64,000 nt of DNA, taken from the NCBI GenBank assembly GCA_011042725.1, contig DQWD01000185.1:24832-88831 (forward strand). The letters run 5' to 3'. A program made the translations under genes and the position numbers. Origin of the DNA: Candidatus Aminicenantes bacterium. GTDB taxonomy: Bacteria; Acidobacteriota; Aminicenantia; Aminicenantales; Aminicenantaceae. Positions 18,466 to 27,924 of this stretch are shown here, piece after piece (the first letter of the stretch is position 1; every line of letters begins with the position of its first letter). Under the pieces are notes generated by a model. It saw only the letters and a list, made by a program, of their open reading frames with translations. It did not search any database and was not told where the DNA came from.

Positions 18466-19932
18466 GTGGAGACTCGAAAAATAGTTGGATTTTTCCTGGG
18501 CCCTAGCTGTTTCATCTTCATCTTCCTTTTCCCTCTCCTCCCTTCCAATCCAGTTGCCCATCATCTCCTGGCTATCTTTTTTCTAATTGTTATCTGGTGG
18601 ATCTGTGAACCCATCCCTATTCCGATCACTGCCCTTCTTATCCCTGTTTTTCTCATCATCTTTCAGATTACCTCTCCTCAAGAAGCCTTCGCTCCTTTTG
18701 CTCATCCTATCATTATGCTTTTTCTCGGCAGTTTCATCCTGGCCGAAGCAATGCATTTCCATGGCTTGGATCAAAAGCTAGCCTCTTTCCTTCTTTCTCG
18801 CCCAGCCTTGTCGGGCCGAAAATCTCGCCTTTTGCTCGCCGTGGTTTTAGTTTCCGCTGGACTCTCGCTGTGGGTGAGCAACACCGCCACCACCGCCATG
18901 ATGTTTCCTATCGTCCTCGGGCTCTTGCGTTCCCTCCAAAATCTTTCCGCTTCAGCCAAAGCCAAGGCTTCTTTAGGAATGGTCTTTCTTTTATCCACTG
19001 CCTACGCTGCCTCTATCGGGGGGATAGGGACACCCATTGGCAGCCCCCCTAATCTAATCGCTATAGGAATGATTGATAAATTTCTTCACTATCAAATGAC
19101 CTTTTTCCAATGGATGATCATCGGACTGACTATTTTCATTCCCATGATTCTCATTCTTTATATATTCATGAAATTTCAACTCAAGAGGGGCGGCGTTATT
19201 GACCAAATTGAGGATGATGAAAAACTGCTCCCTGTGCTTTCGCCGGGGTTAACAAGAGCTCAAAAGAATGTTTTGATAGCCTTTGGGATCACCGTAATTT
19301 TATGGGTAGGGCCAGGAGTAATAGCCTTAGTGGGGGGCAAACAAGCTTTTCTTTACCAGTGGTTTGCCCGTCACTTGCCTGAATCGGTGGCGGCACTGGT
19401 TGGAGCCAGTCTGTTATTCATTTTTCCGGTCAACGCCAAGAAAGCAGAGTTCACCCTGCCCCTAAGGCAAGCCTTAAGAATAGATTGGGGAACTCTCTTG
19501 CTTTTCGGGGGCGGGTTGTCCCTGGGCACCCAAATTTTTCAGACCGGGTTAGCCGAATCTATCGGTCACTTCTTCATCCCCTCTCAAAAAACCGTAAGCT
19601 TATCGCTAGTGACTTTGCTCACCATCATTCTCAGTGTGCTTTTAACTGAGGTAACCTCCAATACCGCCTCCGCCAACATGATCATCCCTATTGTCATCGC
19701 CATCTCTCAAACTGCCGGCATCAATCCCTTCCCTCCCGTTATCGCCTCGGCCATAGCCTGCAGCTTTGCTTTTCTCCTGCCCGTGGCCACTCCTCCCAAT
19801 GCCATTATCTTTGGCTCAAGATTAATCCCCCTCCCGCAAATGATAAAACACGGCTTCTGGATGGAAGTGGCCGGAATCATCGTTATTTTCCTCGGCGTGC
19901 GGTTCCTATTACCCCTTCTGAGGATAATTTAA
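18466..19932 (+). CDS. DASS/SLC13-family anion:sodium symporter (di/tricarboxylate or sulfate transporter type)
   Basis: 488 aa polytopic membrane protein with the two conserved hairpin motifs SNTATTAMMFPI and SNTASANMIIPI, characteristic of the divalent anion:Na+ symporter family. GTG start. Confidence 0.8.
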   Translation: METRKIVGFFLGPSCFIFIFLFPLLPSNPVAHHLLAIFFLIVIWWICEPIPIPITALLIPVFLIIFQITSPQEAFAPFAHPIIMLFLGSFILAEAMHFHGLDQKLASFLLSRPALSGRKSRLLLAVVLVSAGLSLWVSNTATTAMMFPIVLGLLRSLQNLSASAKAKASLGMVFLLSTAYAASIGGIGTPIGSPPNLIAIGMIDKFLHYQMTFFQWMIIGLTIFIPMILILYIFMKFQLKRGGVIDQIEDDEKLLPVLSPGLTRAQKNVLIAFGITVILWVGPGVIALVGGKQAFLYQWFARHLPESVAALVGASLLFIFPVNAKKAEFTLPLRQALRIDWGTLLLFGGGLSLGTQIFQTGLAESIGHFFIPSQKTVSLSLVTLLTIILSVLLTEVTSNTASANMIIPIVIAISQTAGINPFPPVIASAIACSFAFLLPVATPPNAIIFGSRLIPLPQMIKHGFWMEVAGIIVIFLGVRFLLPLLRII

Positions 19933-20053
19933 TCTTATTTTATGATTTCCGTTCCTCAAGTATTGCTTTCTCAAGGACTCGCAGAAAAATAAATTTCTTA
20001 ACGGGAAAAAGAAAAAATTTTTTCCCCTGCCTGTTTTTGTTATAATAAATTCA

Positions 20054-20452
20054 ATGTTTGTCTATCTCAGCGATGAGGCTCGAGAATATTTCTCATCGCT
20101 GGCTACCTGTTCGTTGAACGAAAATCCTAACGGATTCCTCCTCGGACACAAAAGAGGCTCGAGTTTTATCGTCGAGAGAGGAGTACCCGGCCGGAAAAAC
20201 TTATTTGACTCTCCCCAAGAATTTAGCAACTTAATCCAATCTTTCCCTAGGCAACTTATTGGTTTTTACACCTTAAGCCCCCCTTCCCAATGGGCCAGCA
20301 AACTCTTTCAGCCCATCACGGCCGGATTACTTTTACTCCAGCTAGAAATCAAGGCCATTAAAAAAATTAATTATCATCCTTATCTTATCGATTTTGAAGG
20401 ACATTTTTCTTATAAAAAATTGAATATAGTCTCATTCCAAGAAGGGGAATAA
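20054..20452 (+). CDS. Hypothetical protein, 132 aa, immediately upstream of and nearly abutting the AMMECR1 gene
   Basis: ORF with no motif I can place. Only 2 nt separate it from the AMMECR1 gene, which suggests co-transcription. Confidence 0.3.
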   Translation: MFVYLSDEAREYFSSLATCSLNENPNGFLLGHKRGSSFIVERGVPGRKNLFDSPQEFSNLIQSFPRQLIGFYTLSPPSQWASKLFQPITAGLLLLQLEIKAIKKINYHPYLIDFEGHFSYKKLNIVSFQEGE

Positions 20453-20454
20453 GC

Positions 20455-21003
20455 ATGCCTTCTGCTTTATCTGCGTCTCAAAAAAAATTCCTCTTGGACT
20501 TAGCCCGTCAAGCAATCGAACATTATTTAAAGGAAAAAAAGACAATCTCCATTGTGCCTGAAGATAAAGAGCTCAATCAAAAGCGAGGAGCTTTTGTCAC
20601 CTTAAAAAACAGAGATCAACTGCGGGGTTGCATTGGTTATCCTCTACCTCTAAAACCTCTTTACCAAACCATAATTGATGCCGCCATCGCTGCGGCTACT
20701 CAAGATTATCGTTTCCCTCCCCTCACTTTGCCTGAGCTTCAACAAATCAAGATTGAAATTTCCGTTTTAACCCTTCCCCGGCGGGTAAAAGATCCGCAGG
20801 AAATCGAAGTCGGGCGCCACGGTCTAATTATTTCCAAAGGCTTCCATAAAGGATTATTGCTACCCCAAGTACCTGGGGAATGGGGATGGGATCGAGAAAC
20901 TTTTCTTCGTCACACTTGCCTAAAAGCAGGATTAGCTGAAGACGAGTGGCAAAAAGGAGCAACTATTGAAGTTTTCGAAGCCGAAGTCTTTGCCGAAGAT
21001 TAA
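20455..21003 (+). CDS. AMMECR1-domain protein
   Basis: ..RGAFVTLKNRDQLRGCIGYPLP.. contains the conserved AMMECR1 GCIG/Cys motif. 182 aa. Confidence 0.85.
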   Translation: MPSALSASQKKFLLDLARQAIEHYLKEKKTISIVPEDKELNQKRGAFVTLKNRDQLRGCIGYPLPLKPLYQTIIDAAIAAATQDYRFPPLTLPELQQIKIEISVLTLPRRVKDPQEIEVGRHGLIISKGFHKGLLLPQVPGEWGWDRETFLRHTCLKAGLAEDEWQKGATIEVFEAEVFAED

Positions 21004-21004
21004 C

Positions 21005-21769
21005 TTATTTCTGGCGAAATTTTTTATTCTGCAGAAGTTGTCTGGCCGCCTCTTGACAAGCACGAACATCAGAAATCCAGCGGGGGTCATCTTTCAGGCT
21101 CAGGACGAATTCAAGCTCTTGGCGAGCTTTGGCTACTTCGTCCAGGGTTAGATAAGTTTCAGCTAAATAAAGGCAAGCGAGTGGATCCTCCGGCCCTATT
21201 TCCTTCGCCTTAAGCAGGTGTTCTAAAGATTTTTCTTTGCTTCCCCCGGCAAATCCAGGCAACTTAAAATAGACCCTGCCTAAGACCTTGTCGGCTCCCC
21301 CCGCTTCGTAGCTGCGGTCAAGCTCAATAACTTTGTTCATCTCTCTTTTAATGGGTTTAACTAGGGAAAGACTCTTTAAAACACCTCGAACTTCTCCATA
21401 TTTTCCATAATTAACCCCTAGCCAATAATGACCTTCGGGTCGGTTGGGTTCTAATTCAATAGCGCGTTCGCCGTAATAAATCCCCTGGGAGAAATAGGAC
21501 TTTTTCTCCTTTTTCTTCTCCGAATGATCGCCAATATAGTAAAGAATGCGGCTTATTCGCCAGAAAGCTTCATACTTATTGTCCAGTAAAGCTGCTGCCT
21601 TCCTGTATTTACTCAAGGCTGCTTTAGCAGTTTCCATGTCCGTCATCTCTTGGTAAAAAGCATCCCCTTCGGCCAAAAGTTCCTCGGCACTTTGAGCTCT
21701 AACTAGGAAGGTCCCGAAGACAATAAACATGATCCAGAGTAAATTCAGAGCAATTTTTTTGCCACCCAT
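21005..21769 (-). CDS. TPR-repeat protein with a signal peptide
   Basis: The N-terminus MGGKKIALNLLWIMFIVFGTFLVRAQS is a signal peptide. It is followed by TPR-like helices (..AEGDAFYQEM.., ..YWLGVNYGKYGE.., ..LYLAETYLTLDEVAKARQELE..). Confidence 0.6.
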   Translation of the reverse strand: MGGKKIALNLLWIMFIVFGTFLVRAQSAEELLAEGDAFYQEMTDMETAKAALSKYRKAAALLDNKYEAFWRISRILYYIGDHSEKKKEKKSYFSQGIYYGERAIELEPNRPEGHYWLGVNYGKYGEVRGVLKSLSLVKPIKREMNKVIELDRSYEAGGADKVLGRVYFKLPGFAGGSKEKSLEHLLKAKEIGPEDPLACLYLAETYLTLDEVAKARQELEFVLSLKDDPRWISDVRACQEAARQLLQNKKFRQK

Positions 21770-21904
21770 AATTTTTAGCTCCTTATAAATTTTTATTAGA
21801 TTAAACTATGCTCTTTAACTTGTGTCAACGAAAATATTTCTCTTTTCCTCTTCTTTCTTGGGGCCAACATTGCCCCCCAGCCCCTCCTTTCGGAAGCCTA
21901 ACCA

Positions 21905-22567
21905 TCATCTCCGGAAATAGTTATCACTGAGACGGTCAATCTCCCGAAGCATGCTCTCTACGCGACGACGCTCTTCTTCCAATCTCTCTTCGTCTAAATT
22001 TGAAGGGAGTTGATAAGGTTTTCCATAAATAACCACGGTCTTCGCCAAGGGATAAGGGATAAAAAACTTGTCCCAACTGGCCAAATACTTTCCTCGGGCG
22101 GCAGAGAAAGATACGGGCACCAAAAAAGCTCCCGTCTCCCGAGCTAGTTTTAAAGCCCCTTCTTTCATTTGGCGGTCGGGCCCCCGGGGTCCATCGGGAA
22201 CAATAATTAACCCTCCTCCTTCTTGAAGCTCCGCCTTCATTCTTTTCCAAGCCCTCACCACACTATGGGAGCTTGAACCGCGGAGAATTTTGTATCCCCA
22301 CCCGGCCATAATCCGGGCCGCAATTTCTCCGTCTTGACTAGGGCTAATCAAGGGCATTAAATTTTGAAACCGGAAAAAATAGGGAACCAAAAAGATCCGT
22401 CCATGCCAAATCAAGATTATTACCGGCTTTTTTTCCTGACGCAATTGCCGGTAGGCCTCTTCACCAATGGTTTTTATTCTTAAGGAACGCCCCCAAAGCC
22501 CCATAATAATCCGGCCCCCTATCCCGACAAATCGCCACTTCAATTTCTGCTTCCAAGTCATGGTCAT
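21905..22567 (-). CDS. DUF374 / lysophospholipid-acyltransferase-like family protein
   Basis: ..IILIWHGRIFLVPYFF.. and ..IIVPDGPRGP.. match the DUF374 (LPLAT superfamily) signature. Confidence 0.65.
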   Translation of the reverse strand: MTMTWKQKLKWRFVGIGGRIIMGLWGRSLRIKTIGEEAYRQLRQEKKPVIILIWHGRIFLVPYFFRFQNLMPLISPSQDGEIAARIMAGWGYKILRGSSSHSVVRAWKRMKAELQEGGGLIIVPDGPRGPDRQMKEGALKLARETGAFLVPVSFSAARGKYLASWDKFFIPYPLAKTVVIYGKPYQLPSNLDEERLEEERRRVESMLREIDRLSDNYFRR

Positions 22568-23018
22568 TTATCTTCCGTTATCTTAATTAATTACCATTGA
22601 GGAGTAAAGTTGTTTTCCTCAGAGCTAAGTCTGGCCTAAGCATCTAAATAATTATAACTTAACTAGAGTAACCATATCGCTAGCCTGGAGAGCCAAAGCC
22701 AGTAGAAGAGTTTCGTTTTCCTTGACAAGACTGGTAATCAACCCTGATCTTCCTAGTAAATTACATTATATTTTTATTTTTTGTAGCTCCCGGTTACGTT
22801 CTATTTTTTAGAATCATAAATCCGAACTTTTTCCCTCTGCCATTTTCGGCTGCGTCCAGGTGCTAAACGACTAAATTAGGCCCCTTACTTCTTTCTTCTC
22901 AGCTAGTTTAATTAAAGGGCTATTTTTGGCTGGCCACTTAGTGGAGAGTCCCTCATGATTAATCTTAACTTCTCCAAAATTGCCTCTCTCGCCTCTTATT
23001 TGGTATAAAAGACTAGCA

Positions 23019-24434
23019 ATGGACATGATTCTTTTGGTAGCTTTGTTCCTTTATCTGTTTTTGGTCCTCGGATTACCCTTCATCTCTAAAGCAAAACTTA
23101 AAACAACTGAAGACTTCTTTCTAGCCGGACGCCATCTTTCTTCCTCGCTCGTTTATTTTTCCTTGACTGCCTCGTGGATTGGAGCCACTTCGACTCTTGT
23201 GGCCACAGATGAAGCTTGGCGCCAAGGGCTCAGCTCGCTCTGGATCATGGCTGCTCCAACAATCATAACGGTGATGATTTTCGCTCTTTTCCTTGTCAAA
23301 CCTCTCCGGAAATTAGAATTTGTCTCCTTGCCTGATTTAATCGAAGCTCGTTATGGCCGGTTCGTCCGCCACTTGGTAGCCTTACTTATCATCTGGTATA
23401 TGATCCTTCTAGCTGCCGCCCAATTAGTGGCCGGAGGAAAACTACTCGCCCACATTTTGGCCCTCGATTATATTCCCTCCCTCCTGATCATCATCTTGGT
23501 AGTTCTCCTTTACTCGGCCCGCGGCGGCCTCTTTTCGGTTGCCCTGACCGATGCCTGCCAATCTGTTCTTATCTTCGGAGGAATACTCTTGTTAGCTCTT
23601 CTCTGGCGGCCATCCTCTCCCGGGAACACCCTCCCCCTTTTCTCGGCTAATGGAGCAAGCAATTATCTTAATCCTTTCTTTAATTTCAAGAATAACTTTC
23701 TTATTTGTTTATCTTTTGTCTTGGCTTGGGTCATCTCCCCCATAACATGGCAACGGATTCAAGCAGCGCCCTCGGCTCCAGCCGCTCGTCGAAGTCTGTG
23801 GTTGACCATCCCCACCTTTTTTCTTTTTTTTAGCATGGTTATGTTAATTGGCTTTAAGATACCAAAACTAAATTCTTTTCTTCCTGACTCGCTAGATTCC
23901 GCTCCTCTCTTGGTTCAACTTATCAAATCATCTCTTTCCCCTTCCCTCAAAGTGCTCCTCTTTATTGGCATCCTGGCGGCAATCATGTCTACTCTAGACA
24001 CCGCCATCAATACCGGCGCCCTTTCCTTAACCCAAGACGTATTTCTCCAGATGAAGAAATTTTCCTCGATGCCCATCCTTCTTCTTTCTCGGGGAGCCAC
24101 CATTTTAATTGGTCTTCTCGCTCTAGCCATCGCCAGTCAACTCCAAACCATCCTCCAATCCATGGGCTTAGCTTCCGAAATCATGGCCGAAGGACTATTC
24201 ATTCCCGGAATAACCATGCTTTTTTTAAACAAAAAATTGCCCTGGGCGGGATTACTTTCCTTGAGTGGAGGGGGGTGTTTTGCCTTGGTAGGGTTTCTAG
24301 TCCAGATAAAAGTTATTCCGCTTAACTGGCCGCTTTGGCCCGCCAGCCTTCCTTGGGGATTAGCATTTTGCCTGGGCGGCTTCGGCCTCGGTCTAATAAT
24401 CGACATGTATTGCTTACCTAGAAGAATAGAATAA
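23019..24434 (+). CDS. Sodium:solute symporter (SSS) family transporter
   Basis: About 470 aa with 12-13 predicted TM segments. An N-terminal pattern ..FFLAGRHLSSSLVYFSLTASWIGA.. is typical of SSS/SLC5 proteins. Start set to the first ATG; the ORF track opens at a TTG at 22980. Confidence 0.55.
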   Translation: MDMILLVALFLYLFLVLGLPFISKAKLKTTEDFFLAGRHLSSSLVYFSLTASWIGATSTLVATDEAWRQGLSSLWIMAAPTIITVMIFALFLVKPLRKLEFVSLPDLIEARYGRFVRHLVALLIIWYMILLAAAQLVAGGKLLAHILALDYIPSLLIIILVVLLYSARGGLFSVALTDACQSVLIFGGILLLALLWRPSSPGNTLPLFSANGASNYLNPFFNFKNNFLICLSFVLAWVISPITWQRIQAAPSAPAARRSLWLTIPTFFLFFSMVMLIGFKIPKLNSFLPDSLDSAPLLVQLIKSSLSPSLKVLLFIGILAAIMSTLDTAINTGALSLTQDVFLQMKKFSSMPILLLSRGATILIGLLALAIASQLQTILQSMGLASEIMAEGLFIPGITMLFLNKKLPWAGLLSLSGGGCFALVGFLVQIKVIPLNWPLWPASLPWGLAFCLGGFGLGLIIDMYCLPRRIE

Positions 24435-24454
24435 ATATGGTATAATCAACGTAA

Positions 24455-25084
24455 ATGTTATGGTTGTTCTGGATTATATGGCTTATGGTTACTCCCCAAG
24501 CTTCTCCCTCTCTCATCCAACAAATTGAATCCCATCTTCAATCTTATCAAAGTCTCCAGGCCCGGTTTGAACAAACATATACTCCAGTTATCGTCAGCGA
24601 ACCTTCCCAAGAGAGCGGTCGCCTTTACTATCGCCAGCCAGGGTTAATGCGCTGGGAATATTCAGGGCGTGAAAAAAGAATATATCTGATTAAAGACAAT
24701 ATACTTTGGGAATATCTACCCAAAGAAAATCAACTCATCATCTACGACTTGAGCTCCGAGGAATTTAACCAGACCCTGCTAAACCTTCTTTCTGGTCAAA
24801 TTGATTTGGCCAAGGATTACCAAATTTCCGTAGCTGAATCATCCTCTCCGAGGCAAACAAGAATCACTCTTCTTCCTCATTATGAAGAAAGCGAATATAG
24901 AAAAATCGAAATAGAGATAGACACTCAAGATTTTCTCCTCCGGACAATAAAATTTACCGACTGGAGCGGCAATAAAACGGATTTTAAATTCAAAGACATT
25001 AAGATCAATCGACCGCTGAAAAAAAATTTATTCCAGCTAGAAGTACCCGAAAGCACCGAAATAATCGATTACCGCCAAAAGTGA
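24455..25084 (+). CDS. LolA-like outer-membrane lipoprotein carrier protein
   Basis: Signal peptide, then ..LQARFEQTYTP...GRLYYRQPGLMRWEY...IYLIKDNILWEYLP.., the LolA-fold consensus pattern. Confidence 0.65.
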   Translation: MLWLFWIIWLMVTPQASPSLIQQIESHLQSYQSLQARFEQTYTPVIVSEPSQESGRLYYRQPGLMRWEYSGREKRIYLIKDNILWEYLPKENQLIIYDLSSEEFNQTLLNLLSGQIDLAKDYQISVAESSSPRQTRITLLPHYEESEYRKIEIEIDTQDFLLRTIKFTDWSGNKTDFKFKDIKINRPLKKNLFQLEVPESTEIIDYRQK

Positions 25085-25154
25085 GTAAACCTTCTTTTCC
25101 TCCAAACCCAAAAACGTCTTTTTCGTATAAATCTTTGAGGGCAGGAAGTCCTCG

Positions 25155-25715
25155 ATGAACGATGAACGAGAATATATTCTTAAATCTCTCGACGGTAATC
25201 AGGAAGCCTTTGCTATGATTATCCAAAAATACCAGACTCCTCTTCTTAATTATGTCGGACGGATGGTTAAAGATAAAGAAACAGCCTTGGATCTTCTCCA
25301 AGAAATCTTCCTTAAAATCTTCACTTCTCTTCGCCAGTACAAACCGCATTATCCCTTCCGGACTTGGATTTTTAAGATTGCTTCTAATCATGTCATCGAT
25401 TTTTGGCGAAAACGACGAGTTGAAACTTATTCTCTTGACGATGAAGAAAACCACGGCTTCTCTCTTCTGCAAGTATTACCCTTACAGGAGAAATCAGTCG
25501 CCAGAAAATACGAGCTTCACCAGTTGAGGAAAAAGATTGAGCAAGCCTTGCAAAAATTGCCAGCTTCTTTGAGGGAGCTTTTCATCTGGCGCTACATCAA
25601 CGAGCTTAGTTACGAAGAAATTGCCGAAATCAAAAACCTTCCCTTGGGAACCGTAAAAAATAGAATTTTCCAGGCCAAAGAAAAATTACGTCTCTTGCTG
25701 GAGAAAGAAGAGTGA
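25155..25715 (+). CDS. ECF-subfamily RNA polymerase sigma-70 factor
   Basis: Region 2 (..LLQEIFLKIF..YKPHYPFRTWIFKIASNHVIDFWRKRR) and region 4 (..LRELFIWRYINELSYEEIAEIKNLPLGTVKNRIFQAKEKLR). Confidence 0.85.
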   Translation: MNDEREYILKSLDGNQEAFAMIIQKYQTPLLNYVGRMVKDKETALDLLQEIFLKIFTSLRQYKPHYPFRTWIFKIASNHVIDFWRKRRVETYSLDDEENHGFSLLQVLPLQEKSVARKYELHQLRKKIEQALQKLPASLRELFIWRYINELSYEEIAEIKNLPLGTVKNRIFQAKEKLRLLLEKEE

Positions 25716-26284
25716 AGTGCCTTGATCCAGAAACAATCTATCTTTTCCTTGAGGAAGGGCTTCCCTCTTCCGACGCCAAAGATGTCCAAGCCCATCTTGA
25801 TACTTGCCCGCGCTGTCAACTACTTCTGGAAGACCGCGCCCACTTTCTGGAAGCAATAAAAAGCCTACCCCGTTGGCAACCCCCACCTGATTTTACAGAT
25901 CAAGTCTTGGCTAAAATTTTTCGACCTCGCCTGGACTCTCAGAGAGTCATCTTTAGTGCTTTAGGTCTTCTTGTTTTCTTCTCTCTCTGCTTCCTAACCT
26001 TGGTTGTCCTCACTGGTCCTTATTTTTTGCGAACTCTATCCTCTTTCTCCCACCAACTATTTGTGGGCGGAGAAGCTTGTCTGCTTTTTCTAGTTAAAGC
26101 CGGCAAGGTTATTATCATTTTTTCCAAACTGGGATTAAATTTTCTCCAGCAGGGAAGGGAAATTTTGAGTTTGTTGTTCTCTTGGGAAAGACTGGGAGTC
26201 ATACCGATGATCTTAAGCTCTTTTTTCTGGCTATCTATTTTTGCTCTCTGGGCTTTCCGAAGAAAATTATTTTTAGGAGCTTGA
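25712..26284 (+). CDS. Putative zinc-finger (ZAS-type) anti-sigma factor with a single transmembrane segment
   Basis: 4-nt overlap with the sigma gene. The N-terminus ..VQAHLDTCPRCQ.. is an HxxxCxxC motif. Hydrophobic segments begin at ..ALGLLVFFSLCFLTLVVL. Confidence 0.6.
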   Translation: MKCLDPETIYLFLEEGLPSSDAKDVQAHLDTCPRCQLLLEDRAHFLEAIKSLPRWQPPPDFTDQVLAKIFRPRLDSQRVIFSALGLLVFFSLCFLTLVVLTGPYFLRTLSSFSHQLFVGGEACLLFLVKAGKVIIIFSKLGLNFLQQGREILSLLFSWERLGVIPMILSSFFWLSIFALWAFRRKLFLGA

Positions 26285-26285
26285 G

Positions 26286-27191
26286 ATGAAAAAAAATAGA
26301 ACTAGATTGATTATTTCCCTCTTCTTGGTGCTTGGGATCAGCTGGCCCCTTTTCGCCCAAGGTGTAATTCTGAAAAGGGATATTCACATAAAAAAAAGCG
26401 ACCAACAAGATAACGTCATTAGTTTTGGAGGCCAGATAGTTGTTGAAGGAAAAGTCCGGGAAAGTGTCATCGCTTTCGGAGGAAAAATAATTATTTCTGG
26501 AGAAGTTGACAATGCCGTGGTCGGAATTGGGGCCGAAATTATTCTCCATCCCACTGCCTACATTCATGGGGATTTGGTGTCCATCGGGGGAAGTATCAAT
26601 CGCGATCCCCAGGCGATAATCGACGGAGATACTATCTTTTTTGAGACTTCCGAAGAATTGTGGAATTCAATCAAAACTGCTTTAGGGGGGCTTTTTGGCC
26701 TTTCGTTTATTCCTTTTATCCTCCTGGTTAAGCTTTTTTCTCTTATCGTCTGGCTAATCATTGCCTTACTCCTCGCATTGCTTTTTCCCCGCCAGGTAGT
26801 GGCTTCAGCCCAGGAAATAAGGAGAAATTTCTGGCCGGTGTTTGGGATTGGCTTTTTAAGCATAATTATTTTTGCTGGCTTAATTATCTCCGCGGCTTTG
26901 CTTTCTTTGATTTTGATCGGCATTCCCCTGCTTATAATTCTTATTTTCTTGGGAATAGCTCTTAAGCTATTCAGCCGAGTAGTTATCTATATCTTCTTTG
27001 GAGAAAGTCTAACTCGAGCTCTTGGCTCCCGGAATCCGGCTTTGATTCTGCAAGTCATTGTTGGTTTCCTCTTCGTCAGTATAGTAACTTTTATTCCTCT
27101 TTGCGGGTCCCTGGTCGCTTTTATTTTCAATATCATGGGGTGGGGAGCCGTAATCAAATCCAGATTTGGGACGAGATCAACCTTGAGCTAA
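26286..27191 (+). CDS. Membrane protein with a periplasmic beta-helical repeat region (bactofilin/DUF4097-like) followed by four TM helices; third gene of the ECF sigma operon
   Basis: Signal peptide, short repeats (..VISFGGQIVVEGKV / ..VIAFGGKIIISGEV / ..VVGIGAEIILHP / ..LVSIGGSINRD..), then strongly hydrophobic C-terminal segments. Its start is 2 nt after the anti-sigma stop. Confidence 0.4.
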   Translation: MKKNRTRLIISLFLVLGISWPLFAQGVILKRDIHIKKSDQQDNVISFGGQIVVEGKVRESVIAFGGKIIISGEVDNAVVGIGAEIILHPTAYIHGDLVSIGGSINRDPQAIIDGDTIFFETSEELWNSIKTALGGLFGLSFIPFILLVKLFSLIVWLIIALLLALLFPRQVVASAQEIRRNFWPVFGIGFLSIIIFAGLIISAALLSLILIGIPLLIILIFLGIALKLFSRVVIYIFFGESLTRALGSRNPALILQVIVGFLFVSIVTFIPLCGSLVAFIFNIMGWGAVIKSRFGTRSTLS

Positions 27192-27313
27192 TATCCAATA
27201 GGCGAGATCGCTAACTTCGGAGTTTATCCTCTAAGAGATACCCCTCAGGGAAAAAGATGATAAAGTGCTTAAGCTAATTTAAGGAGATGATTTTATTTTA
27301 AGTCAATTGTTAG

Positions 27314-27877
27314 CTAAATCTCTAAAATTTCTTTTTCTTTCTGTTTAGCCAATTCTTCGGCTTTCTTAGTGTACTCATCCATTAATTCCTGCAACTGGTC
27401 TAATCCCCGGTATTTGTCGTCTTCGGTAATTTCCTTGTCTTTCTCCAACTGTTCTATCGTTTCTTTTGTTTCTCGTCGCATATTCCGCAGCGCGGTTCTT
27501 TCTTCTTCCAACATCTTCCGAATATATTTAGCCAATTCTTTTCGCCTTTCTTCATCCAAAGGAGGTACCGGTATCTTCAGCATTTTTCCGTCATTAACGG
27601 GATTAAAGCCTAAATCAGCTGCCCTGATGGCTTTCTCAATGGCTTCCAAAGAAGTGGGATCATAGGGCTGGACAGTAATTAAGGTGGCCTCGGGAATACC
27701 CAGAGTAGCTATTTGATTAATTGGTGTTTGCGTTCCATAGTAATCTATTTTTATGTCCTCGAAGATACTTAAATTTGCTCTTCCAGTACGCAACTTTCCC
27801 AATTCTCGACGGAAATGTTCAACGGAAAATTTCATCCTTTTTTCTAATTCTCGGAGTTCTTCCTTCACTTTTTCCAT
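27314..27877 (-). CDS. frr: Ribosome recycling factor
   Basis: 187 aa with ..LRTGRANLSIFEDIKIDYYGTQTPINQIATLGIPE.., near-identical to the RRF consensus. Confidence 0.9.
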   Translation of the reverse strand: MEKVKEELRELEKRMKFSVEHFRRELGKLRTGRANLSIFEDIKIDYYGTQTPINQIATLGIPEATLITVQPYDPTSLEAIEKAIRAADLGFNPVNDGKMLKIPVPPLDEERRKELAKYIRKMLEEERTALRNMRRETKETIEQLEKDKEITEDDKYRGLDQLQELMDEYTKKAEELAKQKEKEILEI

Positions 27878-27924
27878 TTCTCTCCTTCCTCCTTTTCCCT
27901 AGATTTAATTCACTTCGAGTTTCC

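Noticed and set aside
20004-20030. GGGAAAAAG..TTTTTTCCCC hairpin after the DASS transporter gene as a terminator
   Set aside because: The stem is almost entirely A-U pairs and poorly defined. It cannot be distinguished from an AT-rich spacer without folding energies.
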